A DNA stretch of 61,464 nt from Thermoplasmata archaeon. GTDB lineage: Archaea; Thermoplasmatota; Thermoplasmata; Lutacidiplasmatales; UBA184. Under the pieces are notes generated by a model that did no database searches, was not told the DNA's origin, and saw only the letters and a list, made by a program, of their open reading frames with translations. Each line of letters opens with the position of its first letter. The first letter of the stretch is position 1. The DNA lies in assembly GCA_050013595.1 (NCBI GenBank), contig JBEKEY010000004.1, forward strand, positions 1 through 61,464, in the 5' to 3' direction. This document shows positions 37,785-48,217 of this stretch, piece by piece. A program made the position numbers and the translations under genes.

Positions 37785-39809
37785 ATGGAAGAAGGAACGG
37801 AAGCACCGTCCACCGGGACCGCGGACTCCGCCGCCCCGGTCAACGAACTCGACGAGTGGGCACGGACCCTCCCCTACACCTCGAGCGCCCAGGTCGAGGT
37901 CCCGCCCCGCCTCCTCGACCAGGTGATCGGCCAGGACGAGGCCGTCGAGGTCGCTCACAAGGCCGCGACCCAGAAGCGGCACATGATGCTGATCGGCGAC
38001 CCCGGTACGGGAAAGAGCATGCTCGCCCGGGCGATGGTCGACTTCCTGCCCAAGGAGCAGCTCCAGGACATTCTCGCCTACTCGAACAGCGAGGACCCGA
38101 ACGAGCCGAAGATCCGAGTCGTTCCGGCGGGGAAGGGCAAGGAGATCGTTGCGGCCCAGAAGATCGAGGCCGCCCAGAAGAAGGAGCAACGGACGATCCT
38201 GTTTGTCGTCATCGCGCTCGTCGTCATGGCCCTCACGCTCTACATCGTCATCGTCGACAAGGACCTCACGGCGCTCCTGGTCGGCCTGCTCATCGTGTTC
38301 ATCATCTACGCCCTCGTCCGCTTCTCTGGCGGCCGAAGCGATTCGGGCACGGCGGTCGCGAAACTGCTGGTCGCTCACTCCCCGGACGACAAGCCCCCGT
38401 TCATTGACGCCACCGGCGCCCACGCCGGCGCGTTGCTCGGGGACGTGAAGCACGACCCGTTCCAGTCGGGCGGGCTCGAGACCCCGCCGCACGAACGTGT
38501 CGAAGTGGGCGCGATCCATCGGGCGAACGGCGGGGTGCTCTTCCTCGACGAGATCAACCTCCTCAAGATCGAGAGCCAGCACTCCCTGCTCACCGCCCTC
38601 CAGGAGCGCAAGTTCCCGATCGTCGGCCAGTCGGAGCGCTCCGCCGGGGCGATGGTGAAGACCGAGCCGGTCCCTGCCGATTTCGTCCTCGTCGCCGCGG
38701 GCAACGTCGACAGTGTTCAGACGATGCACCCGGCGTTGCGTTCGCGCATCCGGGGCTACGGCTACGAGCTCTACGTGAAGACGACGATGCCCGACACTTC
38801 CGAGAACCGGATGAAGATCGTCCGGTTCATCGCTCAGGAGGTCGTGAAGGACAAGAAGATCCCCCACTTCGACCTCGGGGCGATGAAAGAGGTCATTCGC
38901 GAAGCCCAACGGCGTTCCGGCCGGTCGGGCCAGCTCACGCTGCGCCTGCGCGAGCTCGGGGGCCTCGTTCGGGTCGCCGGTGACATCACGCTCTCGGACG
39001 GCCTGCCGCTCGTCCACGCCGAACAGGTCGTGAAGGCGAAGCGGGCCGCGCGCTCGCTCGAGCAGCAGATCGCCGATCGCTACATCGAACGCCGCAAGGA
39101 GTACCACATGTTCTCGACCGAGGGCGCCGCGGTCGGGGTCGTGAACGGACTCGCGGCGATCAACGCCCAGACCGGCATGGCCGAGTTCTCCGGCATCGTG
39201 CTCCCGATTGTGGCGGAGGTCACTCCGGCCCAGACACGGAACGGCGGGGTCGTGGTCGCGACGGGGAAGCTCGGGGAGATCGCCCGCGAAGCGGTCCAGA
39301 ACGTGACCGCGCTCATCAAGAAGTACACGGGCGAGGACATCTCCCGCTACGACATCCACATCCAGTTCGTCGGCACCTCGGACGGTGTCGAGGGCGACAG
39401 CGCGTCGGTCTCGATCGCCACGGCTGTCATCAGCGCCCTCGAGGGAGTCCCCGTCGATCAATCGGTCGCGATGACCGGCTCGCTCTCCGTCCGCGGCCAG
39501 GTGCTCCCGGTCGGCGGCGTGACCGCGAAGGTCGAAGCGGCGGCCGACTCCGGTATCAAGCGGGTGCTCGTCCCGTACGAGAACATGGAGGACCTGGTCC
39601 TCGAGTCGAGGTACCGCGGCATGGTCGAGGTCATCCCCGTCCGAACGCTCCGGGACGTGCTCAAGTACGCCCTGGTCGGCCAGGGTACGCAGAAGGAGTC
39701 GCTCCTCGAACGCCTCTCCGCGATGGTACGGGCGACGAGCCTGACCTCGGAGGAGAGTACCCCGTCCCCACCCCCGACCCCTGCGCCGGGTCGGCCGACC
39801 GGTTCGTGA
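37785..39809 (+). CDS. lonB: ATP-dependent protease LonB (membrane-anchored)
   Basis: GDPGTGKS, two-TM insert, [28 protein letters not shown]. Confidence 0.97.
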   Translation: MEEGTEAPSTGTADSAAPVNELDEWARTLPYTSSAQVEVPPRLLDQVIGQDEAVEVAHKAATQKRHMMLIGDPGTGKSMLARAMVDFLPKEQLQDILAYSNSEDPNEPKIRVVPAGKGKEIVAAQKIEAAQKKEQRTILFVVIALVVMALTLYIVIVDKDLTALLVGLLIVFIIYALVRFSGGRSDSGTAVAKLLVAHSPDDKPPFIDATGAHAGALLGDVKHDPFQSGGLETPPHERVEVGAIHRANGGVLFLDEINLLKIESQHSLLTALQERKFPIVGQSERSAGAMVKTEPVPADFVLVAAGNVDSVQTMHPALRSRIRGYGYELYVKTTMPDTSENRMKIVRFIAQEVVKDKKIPHFDLGAMKEVIREAQRRSGRSGQLTLRLRELGGLVRVAGDITLSDGLPLVHAEQVVKAKRAARSLEQQIADRYIERRKEYHMFSTEGAAVGVVNGLAAINAQTGMAEFSGIVLPIVAEVTPAQTRNGGVVVATGKLGEIAREAVQNVTALIKKYTGEDISRYDIHIQFVGTSDGVEGDSASVSIATAVISALEGVPVDQSVAMTGSLSVRGQVLPVGGVTAKVEAAADSGIKRVLVPYENMEDLVLESRYRGMVEVIPVRTLRDVLKYALVGQGTQKESLLERLSAMVRATSLTSEESTPSPPPTPAPGRPTGS

Positions 39810-40045
39810 GAGGCACGTTCCGGGTCCCGGCGCACGGGCCGGTGGTTTCCCGACCGTTCGCCACACCTCCGAGCCTCGAGGAGGAAGAGGACCGGTTCGT
39901 CAATCGTCCGTGCTACGAGTTCAACGACGACCTCCACACCGCCTGGAACGACAAGCACTGCGAGCACTGCCGCCACTACCTGACAGCCCGCTGCCCGCAC
40001 ATCGACGAGTTCCTGGACGACGTGGAGGATTTGACCCCCGAGTGA
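39806..40045 (+). CDS. Small Cys/His-rich acidic hypothetical protein
   Basis: GTGA overlap with lonB; PCYEF...[19 protein letters not shown]. Confidence 0.7.
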   Translation: MRGTFRVPAHGPVVSRPFATPPSLEEEEDRFVNRPCYEFNDDLHTAWNDKHCEHCRHYLTARCPHIDEFLDDVEDLTPE

Positions 40046-40058
40046 TATCGGAGCACCC

Positions 40059-40595
40059 GTGCGAGGTTTGCTCATCGGCCGATTCCAGCCGTTCCACGGC
40101 GGTCACCTCGAGGTCGTCCGGAAGATCCGAGCGGAACGTCCCGGCGCCCCGCTCGTGATCGGGGTCGGCACCGCGGAAGAGTCCTTCACCTGGGAGAACC
40201 CGTTCACCGCGGGCGAGCGTCTCGAGATGATCGACCGGGCGCTCGCGGAGGCGAAGATCTCGGGCGTGCTCCTCGTGCCGGTCCCCGACATCTCCCGCCA
40301 CGCGATGTGGGTGAACTACCTCGAGGCGCTCCTGCCGACGTTCGACCATGTCTACACGAACAACCCGCTCACCCGCCTCTTGTTCGAGCGCTCGGGCTAT
40401 CTCGTCGAGAGCCCGCCGGTCTTCGAGCGCGAACGCTTCGAAGGCGTCCGGATCCGCGAGCAGCTCGCGACGGACGGTGATTGGAAGCGGGCCGTGCCCC
40501 CAGCGGTCGGCGCGTATCTCGAGGAGATCGGAGCGCCCGCTCGCCTCCAGGTCCTCCAAGCGGCGTCGGGCCGGTTCGGCCGGGGCCACGCGTGA
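40059..40595 (+). CDS. nadM: Nicotinamide-nucleotide adenylyltransferase
   Basis: GRFQPFHGGH, NPFTAGER, YTNNPL. Confidence 0.93.
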   Translation: MRGLLIGRFQPFHGGHLEVVRKIRAERPGAPLVIGVGTAEESFTWENPFTAGERLEMIDRALAEAKISGVLLVPVPDISRHAMWVNYLEALLPTFDHVYTNNPLTRLLFERSGYLVESPPVFERERFEGVRIREQLATDGDWKRAVPPAVGAYLEEIGAPARLQVLQAASGRFGRGHA

Positions 40596-41821
40596 GCGAA
40601 CGCGTCGAGTCGCAGGACCCCGGTCTTCGTCCCCGCCCCCGATTCAACTCCCTGCCCGAGTGGGTCGGGTCGTCGACGCGCCTCGTGCACGGGGCCCGGC
40701 GACCGGACTACAACGCGGGCGCCGTCGTCCCACCGATCTATCAGTCGACGACCTATCATTTTCCAGAGGGGTTTTCGGAATCGGCCGACCGGGGCGGTGT
40801 CTACCTCTACAGCCGGCTCGCGAATCCTTCGGTCGAGGTGCCCACCGAGCTCCTGCGCCAGCTCGAAGGCGGCGATGCCGCCCGGCTCTTCGGGAGCGGC
40901 ATGGGGGCGGTCACGAGCCTTTTGCTCTCGCTGCTCCAGTCCGGGGACGAGGTGGTCGCGCTCGATGCGCTCTACGGAGGCACGCTCGTCGTCCTCACCG
41001 ACCTCTTCCCTCGATTCGGCGTCTCGGTCCGATTCGTGGGCGAACGCGAAGCGCGTGAGCCCGAAGAGCTCCTGACGAAGAAGACCCGGATCGCGTGGAT
41101 CGAAAGCCCGACCAACCCTCTCCTCACCGTTCACGACATCGCCCGCTGGGGCCGGGCGGCCGACGCGGTCGGCGCAATCCTTGTCGTCGACAACACGTTC
41201 GCGACCCCGATCAACCAGAACCCGCTAGCGCTCGGCGCGGACCTCGTGGTCCATAGCGCGACCAAGTACCTCGCCGGTCACTCGGACCTGGTCGCCGGAG
41301 GGATCGTCGGCCCGGCGGACCTTCTCGCGCGGATCGACACGAGGGGGGACATCGGCGCGGCGCTCGACCCGTTCGCCGCGTATCTCCTCGGACGAAGCCT
41401 GAAGACGCTCGCCCTGCGCGTCGCCCGCCACAACGAGAACGGCCGCCGGGTCGCGGAGGCGCTCGCGACCCATCCGCTCGTTCGACGCGTGTATTACCCC
41501 GGGCGCGCGAGCGCCGAGGAAGAGGCGATCGCGTCGCGTCAGATGCGCGGCCGCGGCAGCATGGTCACCCTCTCCCTTACGGGGGGCTCGGAGATGGCCG
41601 AGCAGTTCCTGCGCCGTCTTCGGTTCGTCCACTCCGCGTCCAGCCTCGGAGCGGTCGAGAGCCTCGCGAGCGTTCCGGCCCTCACGTCGCACCGGCATCT
41701 CTCGGCCGCCGACCGGGAACGCCGGGGCATCGACGACGGTCTCGTCCGCTTCTCGTTCGGCATCGAGGACCCCGACGACCTCGTCCGCGACCTGACCGAG
41801 GCGCTCGACTCGCTCCGGTGA
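40592..41821 (+). CDS. PLP-dependent trans-sulfuration enzyme (cystathionine gamma-lyase/synthase or methionine gamma-lyase)
   Basis: PPIYQSTT, YSRLANP, ESPTNP, VDNTFATP, SATKYLAGHSD, SLGAVESL. Confidence 0.92.
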   Translation: MSERVESQDPGLRPRPRFNSLPEWVGSSTRLVHGARRPDYNAGAVVPPIYQSTTYHFPEGFSESADRGGVYLYSRLANPSVEVPTELLRQLEGGDAARLFGSGMGAVTSLLLSLLQSGDEVVALDALYGGTLVVLTDLFPRFGVSVRFVGEREAREPEELLTKKTRIAWIESPTNPLLTVHDIARWGRAADAVGAILVVDNTFATPINQNPLALGADLVVHSATKYLAGHSDLVAGGIVGPADLLARIDTRGDIGAALDPFAAYLLGRSLKTLALRVARHNENGRRVAEALATHPLVRRVYYPGRASAEEEAIASRQMRGRGSMVTLSLTGGSEMAEQFLRRLRFVHSASSLGAVESLASVPALTSHRHLSAADRERRGIDDGLVRFSFGIEDPDDLVRDLTEALDSLR

Positions 41822-41870
41822 ACTCGCGGCGTAGGCATTATACGGCGATTCCCATCGACCGTGCGTCCGC

Positions 41871-41944
41871 GCCACTGTAGCTCAGTTCGGCAGAGCGGCT
41901 GATTCGTAATCAGCAGGTCGGGGGTTCAAGTCCCTCCAGTGGCT
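41871..41944 (+). tRNA. tRNA-Thr (CGT), no intron, CCA not encoded
   Basis: Acceptor GCCACTG/CAGTGGC, anticodon arm GCTGA-TTCGTAA-TCAGC, T loop GGTTCAAG. Confidence 0.96.
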
Positions 41945-42023
41945 TGGATTTGCACCCAAGAGTGCCCCAGCCCCTCGCCCCTGGAACGATCCGGAGCGGC
42001 GCCTACGTGGTCGGCCGATCGAG

Positions 42024-42506
42024 TCAATCGCGCCGTCTGCGTCGGCTGGCGTCCGGAAAGCGCGTTCGAAACCGCTCGAGGACGGCTCCCCACGCGTCAT
42101 CGAAATACTTCCAACCCTTCTCCCAGACCGGCCCCTTCTTCCATCCGAGGTGGTCCAGACTCACCCGGGTCTCGGTAGGGCTCACGCGGACGAACCGCAG
42201 CACGACCCAGAGGTATTCCGACCGGATCTCGGGGAGCGACGGGGGGAAATTCCAACTGAACGAGAGCATCTCGGGAGGACAATAGCTCAGGATGCGACAT
42301 CCCTCCGAACCCTGGTGGCCGCGGGGCTGGTCCGTAAGAAAGTAGAGTTCCCAGGGTCCGCCGACCCGCAGTTCGATCCACGACTTCTTCGCCCACCATG
42401 TCGCCATCCCTTCCGACGTGGTCCAGGCCCACCAGACCCGGTCGATCGGCGAGGACACGGTGATCTCCTTGTGCAGGACCCGCCCCATTGGCTCTCCGTC
42501 GCGCAT
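42024..42506 (-). CDS. SRPBCC/AHA1 (START-like) domain protein
   Basis: SPIDRVWWAWTTSEGMATWW, ELRVGG, LSFSWN, ETRVSLDH. Confidence 0.88.
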   Translation of the reverse strand: MRDGEPMGRVLHKEITVSSPIDRVWWAWTTSEGMATWWAKKSWIELRVGGPWELYFLTDQPRGHQGSEGCRILSYCPPEMLSFSWNFPPSLPEIRSEYLWVVLRFVRVSPTETRVSLDHLGWKKGPVWEKGWKYFDDAWGAVLERFRTRFPDASRRRRRD

Positions 42507-42520
42507 GTTCCCAAAAACAG

Positions 42521-42567
42521 TATAGTGAGTATACTATATCAGGCGAGAAGGGTATCGGAGTATACTC
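42521..42567. promoter_or_regulatory. Repeated GAGTATACT palindromic boxes, putative HxlR operator
   Basis: GAGTATACT at 42527-42535 and GAGTATACTC at 42558-42567 in the divergent SRPBCC/HxlR gap. Confidence 0.5.
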
Positions 42568-42578
42568 GTGAATCGTTC

Positions 42579-43055
42579 ATGACCAGTAAGGCCCCGTCGC
42601 CCATTCTGCCCCGGGTCCCCTTCCGTGCCTGTCCCATACGTGCCAGCCTCGGGACCCTCGGCCGGAAGTGGGCCCTCCTCATCGTTCGAGACGTCGGGCT
42701 ACGTCGGCTTTCCCGGTTCAACGAGCTCGTGAAGGCGAACCCGGGATTGACCCCGCGAGCGCTCTCCTTGCTGTTGACCGACCTGCAGCGGGAAGGAATG
42801 ATGCTCCGGTCGGTGGGGTCCGCATCGTCCGGGAGGCGAGTCCGCTACTCGTTGACCCGGAAAGGCAGGGACGTCCTCCCCGTGGTCGCCACTCTGATCG
42901 AGTTCGGTATGCGACATTATTCCGACCGAGTGTTCGAGGACGGACGACCTCGCGACCTCCTGGAGGTGTTTCCCGGCGAGCAGGCGACGTTGATCGGCCC
43001 CCTCCTTCCGTTCGCGAGGGGTCCCGCGCGAGGGGTCCCGAGCCGCGCTCGGTAA
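42579..43055 (+). CDS. HxlR family winged-helix regulator
   Basis: ACPIRASLGTLGRKWALLIVRD, RFNEL, VRYSLTRKG. Confidence 0.88.
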   Translation: MTSKAPSPILPRVPFRACPIRASLGTLGRKWALLIVRDVGLRRLSRFNELVKANPGLTPRALSLLLTDLQREGMMLRSVGSASSGRRVRYSLTRKGRDVLPVVATLIEFGMRHYSDRVFEDGRPRDLLEVFPGEQATLIGPLLPFARGPARGVPSRAR

Positions 43056-43235
43056 TCCCTAGCGAAGGCCGACATCACCGACGCCCGAGGTCACGTCGCG
43101 GCATTGGATCGCGAACGGGCGTGTTCGACAGAGAACGAAGCCGGATTCGACAAACCATGGTGTCTCGGCAGAACAATTCAAATAGGCCTACCCGCCCACT
43201 TTCCGTCTGCATCGGACGACCCCGCGGAGGGGTAA

Positions 43236-43874
43236 ATGAGGGACCTCGAAATCCGTCGACGGAGTTGGAGAAGCTCGCGGAAGCGCGCGGTATCGCCGAT
43301 CATCGCGACGATCCTGCTCGTCGCCATCACGGTCGTGCTGTCCGCCGTTCTCTATCTCTTGATTTCGGGCCTGACGGGCGGTCCGACATCGACCCCGATC
43401 GGTGGCGCGTTCACGGCGAGTCACCCGGGCTCAGGCCTCTGCGCCGCCGGAAGCGGTCAGACCCTCGGCGCGGCGGCGATCACCGGGGGATGCAAGGCGG
43501 GCGATTTCATCTACACGCTGACAATCGAGTCCTCTCGGATCGCCTTCGGGAACGTCCTGTTCGAGGTGAGGACGCTCGCGGGGTCGGCCTTCACGGGTGG
43601 CGGCGCGAGCGCCTCCTTCGCGTTGTTGGACCCAGCCACCCATGTCGTCGCCATCAGCATGACCGGCCCCACCATCGCGATGAGCGCGAAATGGCCCGGC
43701 TACGGTCTGACGTCGACGGCCCCGACGTACACGGATTCGACGCCGCTGACGAACCTCTATCTCATCGTGATCGACGCAGGGTCCGCGACTCCGATCTCGG
43801 GTGAAGGGCTCGCGTTCGTGGCCATCGGGATCGGTTCGTTCTCGGGGGCGACGTCTCCGCTCGCCCTGCCGTAG
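43236..43874 (+). CDS. Archaeal type IV pilin/archaellin-like protein (class III signal peptide)
   Basis: RKRA|VSPIIATILLVAITVVLSAVLY. Confidence 0.88.
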   Translation: MRDLEIRRRSWRSSRKRAVSPIIATILLVAITVVLSAVLYLLISGLTGGPTSTPIGGAFTASHPGSGLCAAGSGQTLGAAAITGGCKAGDFIYTLTIESSRIAFGNVLFEVRTLAGSAFTGGGASASFALLDPATHVVAISMTGPTIAMSAKWPGYGLTSTAPTYTDSTPLTNLYLIVIDAGSATPISGEGLAFVAIGIGSFSGATSPLALP

Positions 43875-43984
43875 CCCCTCCACGGTCGGACCGACATCCT
43901 CCTTCCCCATCGAGTATCTCCATCGCGGGGCCGGTGGGTCGGCGTGATTCCCCTCGAGGCGAACCCGGCCACCGCGGTTCGGTA

Positions 43985-44275
43985 TCACTCGAGCCCGCCC
44001 CGATCGCGAAGCCGCCGTTCGGCCTCGGCTTGGGTGATCCCTTCGACGGAGAGCACTTTCGCGGGCGACGTGCCCGCCCGGACCCAACGGACCGACGAAC
44101 GGGGTCGCTCGAGCCAGTCCGCCATCAGCCCGAGCACGGCCCGGTTCGCCTTTCCCCCCTCGGGCGGCGCGCGACAGGAGACCACCCACCGTTCCCTCCA
44201 GGGGTCCCACGCGAGCGCTTCCGTCGCGCTTCCGGGCCTCACCCAAAGTCGGAGTTGGGCCACCGCGTCGCCCAT
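43985..44275 (-). CDS. DUF167 (YggU-like) protein
   Basis: LWVRPGS, APPEGGKANRAV, GTSPAKVL. Confidence 0.8.
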   Translation of the reverse strand: MGDAVAQLRLWVRPGSATEALAWDPWRERWVVSCRAPPEGGKANRAVLGLMADWLERPRSSVRWVRAGTSPAKVLSVEGITQAEAERRLRDRGGLE

Positions 44276-44297
44276 GGGTATCGGCGCCGGTCCGTCC

Positions 44298-46154
44298 TCA
44301 GGTCCGAGGACCGAGCAGGTGGCGTTGAAGGAACGAAGCGGCGGGACGGTAGGCGCGCAGGATCTGCTCGCGGTCAGCGCTTCCGTGCCCTTCGTCCGAG
44401 AATTCAAGGTACTCGAAGTCGCGTCCTTCCTTTCGTCCGAGCCGGAGGAGCGCGTCGCGGAACACCCGCGCCTGGCTCACGGGGCATCGAGGGTCGTGGA
44501 GCCCATGGATCATGAAGAGCGGCGCCCGAACGTTCGCGGCGAAGAATACGGGACTGCGCTCGCGGTAGAGCACCGCGTTCTCGACGGGGTCTCCCATCAG
44601 CTCTCGGTCGTAATGCTGGAGCGCCGGGAGCTCTTCGTCGTAGCAGAGCTTCCAATCGGTCACGCCCGCGATGGCGACGCCCGCGGCCCACAGGTCGGGG
44701 TACCACGTGAGCGCGGCGTAGGTGAGGTACCCCCCGTAGCTGCCCCCGAAGATCCCCAGGCGGTCGGGGTCGACGAAGGATTGATGGCGCAGGTACTCGG
44801 CCGCCGCGGCAACGTCCTTGAGGTCGCCACCCCCCAGGTCCCGAAGGTTGAGGTCCCGGAACCCCGACCCGTATCCGGTGCTCCCCCGCACGTTCGGTTT
44901 GAGCACCGCGAATCCGAGCGAGACCAGGTATTGGGTCACTCGGTGAAACCCGTCAAAGAACTGCCATGTCGGTCCTCCGTGGACCTCGACGATCGCCGGC
45001 CCACGGCCGGAGCTCGGCGCTCCTCGTGGACGGTAGAGGATGGCCTCGATCTCGCGACCGTCGAACGACGGATAGCGGATCATCTCGGCGGGCACCACTT
45101 GGTCCGGAGAGATCGGCCCAAAATCCGGGGGAAGCACATCGTCGATGGTCCCGCCGTTCGGGTTCCACGTTACGAGATTGGCCGGCCGGCTCGAGTCGTT
45201 GCGCAACGCGAGCACGCGCGATCCGTCCGGTAGGAAGCCTACCTCGCTTCCGGGGTCCAGATTGACTGAAATCGCACGTTCTTCACCGTTCGTCAGGTCG
45301 TACACCACCGGCTGGACCCGGACCCCCCGAGTCCGGACGACGAGCAAAGATCGTCCTCCGGGCGAGAAATCCACCGGGCTCTCATCGGCGGTGCCCGGAC
45401 CGAGCCAGCGCACCGCGCGCGACGCCACGTCGAGCAGGCCCGCGCGCGTGAATTCGCCGGCGTCCGACTCCACGGCGACCGAGCGACCGTCCGGGCTCCA
45501 GGCCACGGGAACGTCCTTCGAGCCCTTCTTCATGGAAAGGATGCGTTCGGACCGACCGGTTCCGGGACGCGTCACGAACACCTCGGCGTCCCGCGGGTCG
45601 TCCTGGTCGCTCGCGGCGTACACGACTTGGGTGCTATCGGGGGAGTAGAGACAGCGGGAGACCCACACGTTCACGGGTTGACGGTGATGCGCGAGGCGCT
45701 CGGCCTCGCCGCCGCTCGCAGGGATCCTCCATAGGTCGAGCTGCCGTGCCTCGCCTTTCGAGGTCTTGTCGGAGGCGAAGAGGAGCCAGCGCCCGTCGGG
45801 ACTGAAGCAGATCGCGTATCGCTGACACGTCGGGTCGTGCGTGAGCTCTCGGACGGACCCGATCGCGCTATCGATGCGGCAGAGGTCGTGGAGCTCGTTT
45901 CCCTCCCGGTCGCGGGAAAAGACCAAGGATCGGTCGTCCGGGGCCCACACGAACGGGGCGTTCGGGGACTTCGGAAGGTCGCCGTGAGTCACTTGGACGG
46001 GCGGTCCGCCGCGAAGGTCGGCCACATAGAGTTCCACGCGTCCCTCCGGGTCCCAAAAGAAGCCGACCCGCTCCCGCAGCGCAGAGAGCCGAGGAAAACC
46101 GATCGACGGCACCGAGATCCATTCGAGGAGCGGGTCACGAGCTACGTGCGCCAC
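44298..46154 (-). CDS. S9 family peptidase (acylaminoacyl-peptidase-like)
   Basis: Beta-propeller repeats (WSPDG), VHGGP, GGSYGG, DPRC, EGHG; GTG start after GAGGTGA. Confidence 0.93.
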   Translation of the reverse strand: MAHVARDPLLEWISVPSIGFPRLSALRERVGFFWDPEGRVELYVADLRGGPPVQVTHGDLPKSPNAPFVWAPDDRSLVFSRDREGNELHDLCRIDSAIGSVRELTHDPTCQRYAICFSPDGRWLLFASDKTSKGEARQLDLWRIPASGGEAERLAHHRQPVNVWVSRCLYSPDSTQVVYAASDQDDPRDAEVFVTRPGTGRSERILSMKKGSKDVPVAWSPDGRSVAVESDAGEFTRAGLLDVASRAVRWLGPGTADESPVDFSPGGRSLLVVRTRGVRVQPVVYDLTNGEERAISVNLDPGSEVGFLPDGSRVLALRNDSSRPANLVTWNPNGGTIDDVLPPDFGPISPDQVVPAEMIRYPSFDGREIEAILYRPRGAPSSGRGPAIVEVHGGPTWQFFDGFHRVTQYLVSLGFAVLKPNVRGSTGYGSGFRDLNLRDLGGGDLKDVAAAAEYLRHQSFVDPDRLGIFGGSYGGYLTYAALTWYPDLWAAGVAIAGVTDWKLCYDEELPALQHYDRELMGDPVENAVLYRERSPVFFAANVRAPLFMIHGLHDPRCPVSQARVFRDALLRLGRKEGRDFEYLEFSDEGHGSADREQILRAYRPAASFLQRHLLGPRT

Positions 46155-46300
46155 CGGCTTCACCTCGACCCGACCCACCGCCCCCCCCGACACATCTACT
46201 TTGTGTCGCCGGGTGCGGAGGACGGGCTCGCGAGCCCTCATCGTCCGGCGCGATAGGTTTTCAAGGGGGGCGCACGCGTCTGAGAGCAGGGTGACTCCGA

Positions 46301-47125
46301 GTGGCCGCCATGGTCGTTCCCGGGCATCGGCGTCCGCCCGCGATCTATCGTCTCGCGCGGGCGTTGCGATGGCTCAGCGCCCTCGTGCTCGTCGCCCTCA
46401 TCATCTTCGCCGGCACCGTCGCGTACTCCGCGTTCGAGGTCGCGCGCTCGAGCCCCCAATCCCACGGGCTCTCGGCTTCGTTGGCGGCGAACGGAACGGT
46501 CGAGATCGTCGGTTCGTTCACGCTCGCGAACCCCGGTTTCTACCCGATCCAGGGATTCGAGCTGACCGCCCGGATCGCGAACGCCACGGACGTCCTTCTC
46601 GGTCAGCTCGGCGTCGGCCCGAGCGATATCGCCCCCTCCTCGACCGGGACATTCCCGATCGCCCTCTATCTGCCGGTCGATAGCTCCGGAGCGGCGACCT
46701 CCTTGCTCACCCAGGACCAGTATCTCCGGGTGGACGCTTGGGGGAACGCGACCTACGCCTACCTCTTCCCGCTGTCCGTCGCGCTGACCGAGAACCGTTC
46801 GTGGGGGGCTCCGTTCGAGGATTTCCATGTGACCGTCGGCACTCCGTCGGGAGGGGGCGGGTCCATCATCGTCCCCGTTACCGTGACGTTCTCGAACCAT
46901 GCATCGTTCGCCGAGTCCGGGGTCCTCACGTTCACCGTTCAATCGTCCGGCGGGGTGGACTGCGGCGGGGGCTCGTTCCCGATCTCCGTGGCGCCCCAGG
47001 GGTTGTACGACCAGACAAAGGATGTCACGCTCGCCTCTGGCTGTTCTCCGTTGGGAGGCCAATTGCTGAGCACCTACTCGACCGGAGGCACTCCGGTGCC
47101 GCTCCCCCCGGAGTCGATCTCGTGA
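46301..47125 (+). CDS. Membrane-anchored exported beta-rich hypothetical protein
   Basis: N-terminal TM followed by S/T/G-rich beta segments and a Cys pair. Confidence 0.7.
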   Translation: MAAMVVPGHRRPPAIYRLARALRWLSALVLVALIIFAGTVAYSAFEVARSSPQSHGLSASLAANGTVEIVGSFTLANPGFYPIQGFELTARIANATDVLLGQLGVGPSDIAPSSTGTFPIALYLPVDSSGAATSLLTQDQYLRVDAWGNATYAYLFPLSVALTENRSWGAPFEDFHVTVGTPSGGGGSIIVPVTVTFSNHASFAESGVLTFTVQSSGGVDCGGGSFPISVAPQGLYDQTKDVTLASGCSPLGGQLLSTYSTGGTPVPLPPESIS

Positions 47126-47628
47126 GCGCTCCGTCGCCGCCCCCTGCCTTCACCCCGCCGCGCGGGGCTCCGGGATACCACGTCCCGTCGCTCGGATACC
47201 GGATCCTGGTGGCGGCGTTACGGCTCATCCCGGCGTTCTTTCTCCTCATCCTCCTACCGGTCGCGGCGCTCACCTTTGTGAACGCTCACGGGATCGCCCT
47301 TCCGATCTCGGCACTCGCGGTGTCCGAGTGGGGCATCGCGCTGATCGCGCTCGGCGCGGCGCGCTACATCCTGCGGCCGACGCGGGCGTTCGGCCCGGTC
47401 TCGATCGCGGCGTCGCTCGTGGGCCTGCTCTACCTCCTCTATGCGGTCTCGCTCTCGCCCTACCGACTCACGATCCCCGGAGGCTCGGCTTCGATCGTGG
47501 CGGGCTACGCGCTCTTCCTCGAGCTGATGATGATCATCCCGGCGATCGGGATCCTCGTCGGCGCGCTCGTCACCGTCGAGGACGCGACGGGGCACACCGA
47601 GCGCCTGGTCTTCGACTTCCCGGCGTGA
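47122..47628 (+). CDS. Hypothetical 4-TM membrane protein
   Basis: GTGA overlap with the upstream gene; four hydrophobic segments. Confidence 0.7.
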   Translation: MSAPSPPPAFTPPRGAPGYHVPSLGYRILVAALRLIPAFFLLILLPVAALTFVNAHGIALPISALAVSEWGIALIALGAARYILRPTRAFGPVSIAASLVGLLYLLYAVSLSPYRLTIPGGSASIVAGYALFLELMMIIPAIGILVGALVTVEDATGHTERLVFDFPA

Positions 47629-47639
47629 CCGGGCCGATC

Positions 47640-48110
47640 CTAGATCCCCGCGACCGTGGCTTCCACGATCCGCACCGCGGACCGGGGCCGGTCGTTCCCG
47701 TCCCGGGGAACGGCCGCAATCTTTTCGACCACGTCGTGGCCCGAGCGGACCTTACCGAACACCGCGTGCTTCTTGTCGAGCCAGGGGGTCGCTGCGAGCG
47801 TGATGAAGAACTGGCTCCCACCGGTGTTCGGCCCGGCGTTCGCCATCGAAAGGACCCCGGGGCCGTCGTGGCGCAAGGTCGCGTCGAACTCGTCCGGGAT
47901 CGTGTAGCCCGGCCCGCCCGTCCCGTCCCCCTTCGGGCATCCGCCTTGGATCATGAACCCGGGGATGACGCGATGGAACGCGAGCCCGTTGTAGAACCCC
48001 TTGCGAACGAGCGACACGAAGTTCTCGACCGTCTTGGGAGCCCGGTCCCGGAAGAGCTCGATCCGAATGTCTCCGAGGGTCGTTCGAAGGGTCAGCGTCG
48101 GCTGCGCCAT
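47640..48110 (-). CDS. Cyclophilin-type peptidyl-prolyl isomerase
   Basis: [40 protein letters not shown]. Confidence 0.96.
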   Translation of the reverse strand: MAQPTLTLRTTLGDIRIELFRDRAPKTVENFVSLVRKGFYNGLAFHRVIPGFMIQGGCPKGDGTGGPGYTIPDEFDATLRHDGPGVLSMANAGPNTGGSQFFITLAATPWLDKKHAVFGKVRSGHDVVEKIAAVPRDGNDRPRSAVRIVEATVAGI

Positions 48111-48217
48111 AAGGTTCGGAGAGCGCTCGAGCGGAAAAGGGCGACGACCCGCCCGGTTTATGTGGCGGGCCGGGAGTCCGGCGCCGCGGAGGCGCGGGCG
48201 ATCCACCGAGAGGTCGA

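Noticed and set aside
37785-39809. Possible inteins in LonB or TopA
   Set aside because: Lengths are ordinary and motifs are contiguous; the Lon insert is the normal membrane anchor.
41871-46200. Integrated element at tRNA-Thr
   Set aside because: No integrase or transposase, and I saw no duplicated tRNA 3' end.
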